A stretch of DNA of 24,018 nucleotides. Source: a virus. Lineage: Duplodnaviria > Caudoviricetes. This document shows, in pieces, positions 16,568 through 24,018 of the stretch. The notes beneath the pieces were generated by a model. That model did not search any database. It was given only the letters and a program-made list of their open reading frames with translations, and was not told the origin of the DNA. A program made the translations under genes and the position numbers. Each line of letters opens with the position of its first letter. The stretch's first letter is position 1. The stretch is from positions 1 through 24,018 of the IMG/VR virus record IMGVR_UViG_3300020045_001321; one strand, written 5' to 3'.

Positions 16568-16838
16568 GTTGGGTAATCCACCGATTAAGCAGGCTCCGGT
16601 TATTAAGGAAACAGGTCTGTTTTCTGTGCCGTGGGTTCAATGGCTTCAAGAGGCACAAAAGCTTTTATCCGGCGGAAGGCCGTTCCCGCTTCAATCATTC
16701 ACTGTTGCAACTTTGCCACTAGCTGCTGATTTTCCGGAGTGTCTGGTTTATGTATCTGATGCGGCCGGAGGTGCTATTCCCGCCTTTAGCGATTCTGTTG
16801 ATTGGCGGCGAGTGGATACTAGGGCTGTAGTAACATGA
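16560..16838 (+). CDS. Small virion protein at the gp26 (tail needle/plug) position
   Basis: 92 aa; PWVQWLQ helix followed by FTVATLP...VYVSDA.GG...FSD..DWRRV fibre-type module. Confidence 0.6.
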   Translation: MSRLGNPPIKQAPVIKETGLFSVPWVQWLQEAQKLLSGGRPFPLQSFTVATLPLAADFPECLVYVSDAAGGAIPAFSDSVDWRRVDTRAVVT

Positions 16839-17287
16839 TAACACGCTACGCAGAGAAGGATGATCTGCCAGAAGTGTTTGTTATGTATTTGGCGGGAATT
16901 AAGGAAATACAAGAGCATTCTTTCCCGGTAAACGAGAGTAAGGCGCTTGACACGGTTATAAAAGGTTATAACTCCGCACCTTGCATATTGTTAGAAGATA
17001 ACGGGGAACTAATTGGTTTTGCTGGGTTAAAAACTACTATGCCAGATTATTCTGATGTGGTACTATTGCGTGACTATATGTTTTACGTCCATCCCGACCA
17101 TAGAAGCCTTAGGGCTTGGCGGATGATGTGCAAGGCCGTACAAGATGTGGCCGATAAATTTCAATTAGATTTTATCGGAACTCACAAATTGACAGATGAA
17201 ATTCCCAAACATGAAAGAATGATTAGATCCGCAGGCGCTACGCCGTGGGCTATTTCTGCTATTTACAGGTGCAAAGATGGACGATAA
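16835..17287 (+). CDS. GNAT-fold protein (P22 gp14 position)
   Basis: ITRYAEKDDL, ELIGFAG, FYVHPDHR; lies between tail hub and ejection genes. Confidence 0.75.
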   Translation: MITRYAEKDDLPEVFVMYLAGIKEIQEHSFPVNESKALDTVIKGYNSAPCILLEDNGELIGFAGLKTTMPDYSDVVLLRDYMFYVHPDHRSLRAWRMMCKAVQDVADKFQLDFIGTHKLTDEIPKHERMIRSAGATPWAISAIYRCKDGR

Positions 17288-18449
17288 AGGCGGCGCAGAC
17301 GCAGGCCCAATGCTCGAATATGGGCAAAAAGGCTTAGACCTTCAAAAAGAGATTTATAACGACCAGAAGCAGATGTCGCAGCCTTGGTACAATACCGGGT
17401 CAGCGGCGGTTGGACAACTATCTAAACTGCTCGGTTTAGGTGGTAACGCTGCAACGGGAAATAAGACAGAAGCGCAACTCCGTCAAGAATATATGCCTTC
17501 GTATACCACAGGAAGCCAAGCGGGAATGCCAGCGGGCGGCGTTGAGGATAATAGCTTCCTGAACTGGACAACTCCTGACATGCAGGCCACTGGTGGCTAT
17601 ACAGTCGGAAATAATAAGTTTGTTACAGGTAAAAACGGACTGACATATACAACCACCGGAACCGGGCCTTCTAACGCGCAATGGAACGTTGTCGGCTCAA
17701 GTGGGGGTCAAACCGTAGACAATCAAGGATTGGATCAAGCCGTAGCCCGTGCCTTGGCTGCACAATCTGCGGCTGGAAGTGCCGCTGAATCCGACCCTGC
17801 TTACGGCTCTTTGGCTAAATCATTCGGCATGGATGACTATGAAGCCGACCCGGGTTATCAATTCCGCTTAGCAGAAGGCAACAAAGCCCTTGAAAGGCAA
17901 TTGAATGCACAAGGTAAAACCTTCTCACCGGAAGCCGTCAAAGCGTTGCAGACTTACGGGCAGGGCGTTGCGTCTGAGGAATATGGCAATGCGTATAACC
18001 GTTATAACAATGATCAAGGCAACCTGTTTAACCGCTTGGCTACGCTCTCAGGCTTCGGCCAGACGGCAACGGGCCAAGTAGGGGCTGCGGGTCAGAATTA
18101 CGCTAACCAAGGTACGGAATTATACACTGGTATGGGTAATTCTATCGCTTCGGCACAACAGGCTAATCAAGCAAGCAAGGGTTCTATGTTTAACACCCTT
18201 GCGAATATCGCCGGAACCGGAGCGAAGCTGTACGCTATGTCTGACATGCGCCTTAAAGAAGACATTATTCCTATGGGTCGTGAGAATGGCCACAAGGTTT
18301 ACGCCTTTAGATACAAAGGGAAGCCACAGAGATACGTGGGCGTCATGGCTCAGCAAGTACTCAAGACAAACCCGGAAGCGGTCAAGATGATTGATGGCTT
18401 CTACGCTGTGAATTATGACGCTATTGGCGTTAGAATGCGGGAGGTATAA
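17277..18449 (+). CDS. DNA ejection/pilot protein (gp7-like) with C-terminal peptidase S74 motif
   Basis: QPWYNTG, DPGYQFRL.EG..ALER, Gly/Ala/Gln-rich body; C-terminal SDMRLKEDI...Y.FRY...GVMAQQV...PEAV...VNYD. Confidence 0.8.
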   Translation: MDDKGGADAGPMLEYGQKGLDLQKEIYNDQKQMSQPWYNTGSAAVGQLSKLLGLGGNAATGNKTEAQLRQEYMPSYTTGSQAGMPAGGVEDNSFLNWTTPDMQATGGYTVGNNKFVTGKNGLTYTTTGTGPSNAQWNVVGSSGGQTVDNQGLDQAVARALAAQSAAGSAAESDPAYGSLAKSFGMDDYEADPGYQFRLAEGNKALERQLNAQGKTFSPEAVKALQTYGQGVASEEYGNAYNRYNNDQGNLFNRLATLSGFGQTATGQVGAAGQNYANQGTELYTGMGNSIASAQQANQASKGSMFNTLANIAGTGAKLYAMSDMRLKEDIIPMGRENGHKVYAFRYKGKPQRYVGVMAQQVLKTNPEAVKMIDGFYAVNYDAIGVRMREV

Positions 18450-18450
18450 C

Positions 18451-19632
18451 TTGCCCCTAGATCCCTCGATATTCATGCAAGGCGCGGCCCTTAAACAGCG
18501 TAACGCTGATGCTTTCGGCAATACACTTAATGGCGTTGTAGATGCTTTTAAGAAAGACAAGCAAGGTTTAGATTTAACCAAACTTGCTGAAGCCGCAGCT
18601 TATAAATTCTCTATGGGTATCGAGCCAACTGCCGAGGAAATCGCGGCGGTTCGCGCTAAGGGCATGTTGGATGGCAGTAAGACAGAATATAAGCCGGACG
18701 AAAAAGGCAATATCCGCGCTGTTACCAATCCATCACCATACGAATCTTTATATGGAATGCTGAATAAAGGCGGTGTCCCTGCTGGTTCTACTGGCTTCGT
18801 TCCGCCTAATGCTGCAATTGCTGATGAATCCGTCTTAGCTGGTATGTCTAATGCAAAAGGCCCTATGCCAGCGCCTATGGCTCCAATGGGTGTTGACCTA
18901 GACCGTATCATGCAAGCCCGTCAGGCTAACGCTGCGGCGGTTGGACAGCCTGCTATGGATATTGAAGCCCTTATGCAAGCGTCCGGAGATACACGCGATC
19001 CAATGGGCAACACGTTGCCCGCGCCACCTAATCAGGGTGGTTTGAATTTATCACCCCTGCAACCTCGTGAAATAGCCGGAAACCCTAACGCTACACAAGT
19101 AGGGGTAGAGACTGCGGTTAAGGGCGACATTGATTTACAAAAGCGCAGAATGGAAGGCCAGATTAAGCGCGAAGAAGCTAAGTTTGAGCCTATGAATGAA
19201 AGCCAAGGGAAAGTGGCTACGTTTGCAGATAGAATCGCAGAAGCTGAGGAAGTTTTCGGCCAGAAGCCTGTCGAAAAGGCTCAGAAATCTCTATACAACA
19301 GAACGGCTAGTAAAACCCCACTAGTTGGCAACGCTTTAGTATCAGACGAATACCAAATGGGCGATCAGGCAGAGCGCAACTTTATTAACTCTGTCCTTAG
19401 ACGTGAATCAGGAGCAGTCATTAGCCCTGAGGAATTTGCGAACGCAAGAGAGCAATATATCCCACAGCCTTTCGATTCTGCTGAAAAAATCAAATTGAAA
19501 GCTAAAAACAGGAAAACCGTATTAGAGGGCTTTAAGCGCGAAGCTGGCCCTGCGTATGCACCTAAATCTGCAAACGGAGCAACAGAATACCAAACTACGC
19601 CATCCGGCAATAAATACAGGGTGGTTAAATGA
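18451..19632 (+). CDS. DNA ejection protein (gp20-like position)
   Basis: Start moved to TTG 18451 after RBS GGAGGT (MPLDPSIFMQGA...). C-terminal NFINSVLRRESGAVIS.EEF...YIPQP.D. Confidence 0.75.
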   Translation: MPLDPSIFMQGAALKQRNADAFGNTLNGVVDAFKKDKQGLDLTKLAEAAAYKFSMGIEPTAEEIAAVRAKGMLDGSKTEYKPDEKGNIRAVTNPSPYESLYGMLNKGGVPAGSTGFVPPNAAIADESVLAGMSNAKGPMPAPMAPMGVDLDRIMQARQANAAAVGQPAMDIEALMQASGDTRDPMGNTLPAPPNQGGLNLSPLQPREIAGNPNATQVGVETAVKGDIDLQKRRMEGQIKREEAKFEPMNESQGKVATFADRIAEAEEVFGQKPVEKAQKSLYNRTASKTPLVGNALVSDEYQMGDQAERNFINSVLRRESGAVISPEEFANAREQYIPQPFDSAEKIKLKAKNRKTVLEGFKREAGPAYAPKSANGATEYQTTPSGNKYRVVK

Positions 19633-21263
19633 TTATTGAAATAGAGGACGGAACAAAGCTTGAATTACCTGACGGTTCAACACCCGATCAGATTGATGAC
19701 GTTATTGGTAGTTACAAGCAAACCGCAGCCCCTATTACCAAGGCCGCAGCGTCTAAGCCCGGATTGGCCCGCACTGTATTCGATCAGGGTATGCAGGGGG
19801 CAACGGCTAATTTTGCAGACGAAGCCACAAGCGCACTTGCGGCTATCCCAGTGGCTATTGCTACGGGTCAGTCTATTCCTTCGGCGTATCGCGCAGGACA
19901 GGCTTTATCAAAAGAACAATTAGGAAATCAACAAGAGCAACGGCCAATAACAAGCCTTGCATCTCAAATAGGTGGGGGCTTAGTTACAGGTGGAGCAGCA
20001 GCATCGACAAAACCGGGGGCCATGGTTGCGAATAGCCTTGGGAGTGGCATGGGTAAAGGAGGGCCGCTTGCACAGCGGGCGCTCAGATTACTTGCCAAAA
20101 CAGGCATCGGTGGAGTTACAGGTGCCGCATCTGGAGGACTTTACGGAGCAGGCGCTGCGGACGCAGGAGAACGCATCAACGCTGCGAAATCAGGCGCTGC
20201 TATTGGTGGTGCTATTGGTGCCGCCGTTCCTGCTGCTGGCGCTGCGCTTGGTGCAGGCGTAGGGGCCGTATTACCTAAAGCTGATGAGGGATTGTTAGAA
20301 GTCGGCAAACTGGCGCAGAAATACAAAATTCCAGTTTCTGTTGATGAGCTAACATCAAGCCGTGCCGTTAAAAATGTTCAAAAGATTAGTCAGGAACTTC
20401 CCTTATCCGGTCAAGCTAAATTCCGTGATAAGCAAATGGAAGCGTTTAATCGTGCTATTACAAAATCATTCGGTGTAGACGCAAACCGCATCACGCCAGA
20501 AGTAATGGACAAAGCCTTTAAACAAGTTGGCGCAGAATTTGACAATCTAGGCAAGGGGAAAACCTTTGTACTTGATAATAATTTCTCAGATAACGTGGCC
20601 GCAATACTCGATGATGCTGCAATTAATTCCACAGATGACGCTGTAAAGAATTTCAAAAAAGGATTGGATCGGGTTTATAAAAACGCCAATCCGGACGGAA
20701 CAATTTCGGGTGAGAAGCTTTCATTCTTGCGCTCTAATATCAATGGGTTGGCAAGAAAAGCCAACAACCCAGATACAGTTGAGCTTCTGAAAGACCTAGA
20801 GAACGCTGTTATTGACGTTATGACAGCGGGCGATGATGTAGCAAAAGAAGCTTTATCTCAGGCAAAATATAAATATAAGAACTTACTTGCAATTGAGCCA
20901 TTAGCACAAAAAGCAAAAGGCGGGAACATTAGCCCAACGCAATTAGCAAATCGCGTGTCACGTATTTATGGCCGCCAATATACCCGTGGTAAGGCGGGCG
21001 AATTGGGAGACTTAGCCCGTATTGGTAGCGAGTTACTTCCTGAACTTGGTGGATCAGATACAGCGCAGAAACTAGGATACATGGCCGGAACAATCGGCGC
21101 GGGCGCTCTTGATATGGGCGCAACGGCAGCGGGTCTTGGAATAAATAGGGCTGGTCAGGCTTTGATAAATCGCAACCCCGCATTGGTAAACAAAATGATT
21201 GAAAAGGGCGCTCAAAAGTCACTCCCAGCGCCAACCGTACAACAATTGATAGGGACACCGTAA
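19629..21263 (+). CDS. DNA ejection/transfer protein (gp16-like position)
   Basis: QGAT.NFADE motif, long Gly/Ala zipper segments, helical C-terminal half; ATGA coupling. Confidence 0.75.
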   Translation: MIIEIEDGTKLELPDGSTPDQIDDVIGSYKQTAAPITKAAASKPGLARTVFDQGMQGATANFADEATSALAAIPVAIATGQSIPSAYRAGQALSKEQLGNQQEQRPITSLASQIGGGLVTGGAAASTKPGAMVANSLGSGMGKGGPLAQRALRLLAKTGIGGVTGAASGGLYGAGAADAGERINAAKSGAAIGGAIGAAVPAAGAALGAGVGAVLPKADEGLLEVGKLAQKYKIPVSVDELTSSRAVKNVQKISQELPLSGQAKFRDKQMEAFNRAITKSFGVDANRITPEVMDKAFKQVGAEFDNLGKGKTFVLDNNFSDNVAAILDDAAINSTDDAVKNFKKGLDRVYKNANPDGTISGEKLSFLRSNINGLARKANNPDTVELLKDLENAVIDVMTAGDDVAKEALSQAKYKYKNLLAIEPLAQKAKGGNISPTQLANRVSRIYGRQYTRGKAGELGDLARIGSELLPELGGSDTAQKLGYMAGTIGAGALDMGATAAGLGINRAGQALINRNPALVNKMIEKGAQKSLPAPTVQQLIGTP

Positions 21264-22484
21264 ATGGCCACAATCGCACCACTCGGAAAATACCGCGCTT
21301 TTGATGATAACGGAGAGCCGCTAAACGGTGGTTTCCTTTATACGTACGAAGCCGGGACGGTAACGCCTAAAGCCACATTTACCACGGCTGACGGTGATGT
21401 ACAAAACACAAACCCCGTGGAACTGGATTCCTCTGGTTATGCTGACGTTTGGCTGGGTGATGGTGGTTATAAATTCCGCCTGACTGACGCTGATGGAAAC
21501 CAGATATTTGTAGTTGATGACATCGGCGGAACGGCTTCAACGGCGTTTGGTGAAAACGTCATGGAAATTTCCACTAACACGACAGTGACTTCTGTATTCG
21601 CTAATACGGCTTTTATTGCTACAGCATCACTGACGATGAGCTTACTCGATGTCACAACTGCCGGAGAGGGTTTCTATTTCTCTATCTTTGCTCAAGGTGG
21701 TGACGTAACGATTGATCCTGACGCTTCGGAAACAATCAATAACGGCGCTACTCTTGTCATGCCACAAGGCTCATCTGCTATCATTATCTGCGATGGCGAT
21801 GAATGGTGGACAATGTGCTACACAGGCGGAATTGTAGCGGGTCAGCTTGCGTCTAACTCTGTTGCGACTGTTAAAATTCAGGATGATGCAGTAACCCTTG
21901 CAAAGCTTGACGGTGACGCTGCTTTTGCTGACAAGCTAATTGGTTATGATGACGCTGGAGATCCGGCTAACATTTCTGCGGGTTCTGGTATAACGATTGA
22001 TGCTAGTGTTATCGCAGCGGCTGCGGGTGCGGTTCTACAAGTTGTCCAAGTAACAAAGACAGACACATTCACATCATCGTCAACGTCATACACTGACATT
22101 ACCGGGCTTTCTGCAACTATCACGCCATCAAGCGCGACAAGTAAGATTTTGGTTTTTGTGAACGTGCAAGGCGATGCCACAACAAACAACTTCTTTATGC
22201 AATTAGTCAGGGGGGCAACACCATTATTTCTTGGTGACGCAGCTAGCTCTCGCACAAGGGCCTCTGGACAAATCAGCGCTCTCGGCTCAAGTGGATCATT
22301 TATTTCAACCGCTGCTTTGTGCTTTCTGGATTCACCAGCAACGGTATCTGCCACTACTTACAAAATGCAAGGAATGGTGCCGTCTTCTGGTTCTTTCTTT
22401 GTAAATAGATCGCAGACAGACACTGACGCCGCCACGTTTGCGCGTGTCCCTTCCTCAATCACTCTCGTAGAAATCAAAGCATAG
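21264..22484 (+). CDS. Tail fibre/spike with head-binding-type N-terminus
   Basis: FDDNGEPLNGG.LYTYEAGT.TPKAT...NTNPVELDSSG adaptor; IQDDAVTLAKL repeat; C-terminal VLQVVQ...ITGLSATITPSSATSKILV knob. Confidence 0.85.
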   Translation: MATIAPLGKYRAFDDNGEPLNGGFLYTYEAGTVTPKATFTTADGDVQNTNPVELDSSGYADVWLGDGGYKFRLTDADGNQIFVVDDIGGTASTAFGENVMEISTNTTVTSVFANTAFIATASLTMSLLDVTTAGEGFYFSIFAQGGDVTIDPDASETINNGATLVMPQGSSAIIICDGDEWWTMCYTGGIVAGQLASNSVATVKIQDDAVTLAKLDGDAAFADKLIGYDDAGDPANISAGSGITIDASVIAAAAGAVLQVVQVTKTDTFTSSSTSYTDITGLSATITPSSATSKILVFVNVQGDATTNNFFMQLVRGATPLFLGDAASSRTRASGQISALGSSGSFISTAALCFLDSPATVSATTYKMQGMVPSSGSFFVNRSQTDTDAATFARVPSSITLVEIKA

Positions 22485-22493
22485 GAGAAAACC

Positions 22494-22820
22494 ATGGTAG
22501 CTATGAACTTAAACACCAACACTTATACAATCGCGATTGACGCGACTAGTAAAAGTGCAACACTAAACCCACAGGACGCAAATCAGTCATCTCTGATTAT
22601 CTCAAACAACAGCACAACCGCTGTTTTTGTGGTAACGGGAAAAGACGCTGCTCCTACTGCAGTATTCCCGACATCGGCAACAGCACCACTTCCGGGCAAA
22701 GTCATTCTGGCGGGGGCGATTGTTACCCTCACGAAGAATATTGGAGACAATTACGTTTCTGCAATTCAAGCAAGCGCAGGAACAGGAAACCTTTACATTA
22801 GCCCCGGCGCAGGAGAATAA
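22494..22820 (+). CDS. Hypothetical beta-rich virion-associated protein, 108 aa
   Basis: RBS AGGAG; Thr/Ala/Ser-rich; lies among tail genes. Confidence 0.7.
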   Translation: MVAMNLNTNTYTIAIDATSKSATLNPQDANQSSLIISNNSTTAVFVVTGKDAAPTAVFPTSATAPLPGKVILAGAIVTLTKNIGDNYVSAIQASAGTGNLYISPGAGE

Positions 22821-22821
22821 G

Positions 22822-23328
22822 ATGAGCAACAGAGCAACATTCGGTAAAGTAGTAGAGGATCTGGATAATCTGGCCTTACTGGCTGAGATTGTGAAAGATC
22901 CTAAGGCTATCGCAAAAGCACAAGAGGAATACCGCAAGCAACTTGCTTTGACTGACGCTGAGGAAGCTAGGGCCAAGGAAGCACGTGGATTGTTTGAAGC
23001 CAACGAGAAACTTGCGGCAGAACTGGAAAAGAAAAAAGTCCAATTGCAGAATGCGGCGGCTGATAATGCTTCGGCTCTTGAGGATATCGAGAAACGTAAA
23101 TTGTCTTTGTCCGTATCTCTTGAAAAGCACAGATCAGAAACCGAAGCACAAGCCCGCTTTGCAGCTAAAAACGAAGAAATTCGCAAAAAGCTAGAAGCTG
23201 ACCAAGCTGCGGTTGATAAGCTGAAAGCAGATTACGAAAAGAAAAACGCTAAACTTGTAGAAGTTGAAGCGGCTTTAGACGTTCGTGCTGAGAAAATCCT
23301 CTTAAGAGAAAAGGCATCTGAACTTTAA
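22822..23328 (+). CDS. Coiled-coil protein, 168 aa
   Basis: Start moved to ATG 22822 after AGGAG; E/K/A/L-rich heptad character. Confidence 0.75.
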   Translation: MSNRATFGKVVEDLDNLALLAEIVKDPKAIAKAQEEYRKQLALTDAEEARAKEARGLFEANEKLAAELEKKKVQLQNAAADNASALEDIEKRKLSLSVSLEKHRSETEAQARFAAKNEEIRKKLEADQAAVDKLKADYEKKNAKLVEVEAALDVRAEKILLREKASEL

Positions 23329-24018
23329 TGTTAAGAGGTGTTGCAGGCAATCAAGGTGGTGGCGGTGGCGCAGTAGATAGCGTTAACGGTCAAACTGGCG
23401 TTGTCGTTCTGGACATAGACGACATCGGCGGCGTGTTTACTGACGGCGTTACCATTACCGGTGACGGTACAAGCGGAAACCCTCTTGTATCTGCCGGGGG
23501 CGGTGGCTCTGCGAATGTGTCGAGTATCACGCAAGCCGCTCACGGATTTAGCGTTGCTGATCTGGTTTATCTAAACGGTGCCACGTATACACTGGCTCTA
23601 GCCGATGATGTAGTGAGTGCTGAGGTTGTTGGTATCGTATCAGCGGTTGATGATGTAAATACCTTCTCCCTAACAACCGGCGGTGCCGTTACAGGATTGT
23701 CCGGGCTAACAGCAGGAACGGTTTATTTTCTTTCTGCGTCAAGCCCGGGCGAACTAACCTCAACACAGCCCTCAACTGTCGGGCAAGTCGTAAAGCCTGT
23801 TTTTGTGGCGTCTTCTACTACGGCGGGATACTTCATAAACTACCGTGGACAACTTATATCTCCAGAGGGGTTTAGTACAGCGCAAGCAGAGGTTGATTTC
23901 GGCTTTCAATCAGGACAGGAAACGAATGTTGTGACTGTCTCTGTCGCAGCGTCTTGGGTTACACCTTCAAGTGTTATTATTTGCAGCCCGTTCGCAACAG
24001 CCACAGATGACCACGATC
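23328..24018 (+). CDS. Second fibre-like structural protein (partial, runs off window)
   Basis: Not in the track. TAATG overlap; open for 230 codons: MLRGVAGNQGGGGGAVDSVNGQTGVVVL...DGVTITGDGTSGNPL...QAAHGFSVADLVYL...GLTAGTVYFLS... Confidence 0.8.
   Translation, partial: MLRGVAGNQGGGGGAVDSVNGQTGVVVLDIDDIGGVFTDGVTITGDGTSGNPLVSAGGGGSANVSSITQAAHGFSVADLVYLNGATYTLALADDVVSAEVVGIVSAVDDVNTFSLTTGGAVTGLSGLTAGTVYFLSASSPGELTSTQPSTVGQVVKPVFVASSTTAGYFINYRGQLISPEGFSTAQAEVDFGFQSGQETNVVTVSVAASWVTPSSVIICSPFATATDDHD

Noticed and set aside
20195-20265. Short DNA repeats GCTATTGGTG in the gp16-like gene
   Set aside because: Explained by the Gly/Ala zipper GAAIGGAIGAA at protein level.
9642-23543. Minus-strand and alternate-frame ORFs within structural genes (e.g. 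12709-13173, 18120-18581, 22602-23186)
   Set aside because: Shadow ORFs of biased coding sequence; no motifs or expression signals were noticed.
1-24018. Stop-codon reassignment or diversity-generating retroelement
   Set aside because: Conserved genes are intact in the standard code and end in TAA, TAG and TGA. No reverse transcriptase or template/variable repeat pair was seen in this window.

Overview
A 24-kb piece of a tailed dsDNA phage genome with a P22-like (podovirus) virion module. No integrase, repressor, lysis or host genes are visible. The left arm is mostly on the minus strand: the start of a probable AAA/Sak4-type ATPase, a VRR-NUC nuclease in the opposite orientation, a RadD-like SF2 helicase ending in an SSB-like acidic tail, and a TOPRIM primase fused to a VirE/VapE P-loop domain. 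A ~500-bp divergent control region follows, holding two sigma70-like promoters around an iteron- and AT-rich origin candidate. Next is a 2.3-kb cluster of about ten small unknown ORFs that contains a candidate tRNA-like structured RNA (5860-6048). The late arm (+) runs terS, an HNH endonuclease, terL, portal, scaffold, coat, a probable decoration protein, gp4/gp10/gp26-position tail machine genes, a GNAT, three ejection proteins (the first ending in a peptidase S74 motif) and tail fibre genes that run off the window. The best second-look candidates are the tRNA-like RNA with mutually exclusive pairings, the helicase SSB-tail mimic and the origin architecture. All product calls come from motif recognition and synteny; no database search was run.
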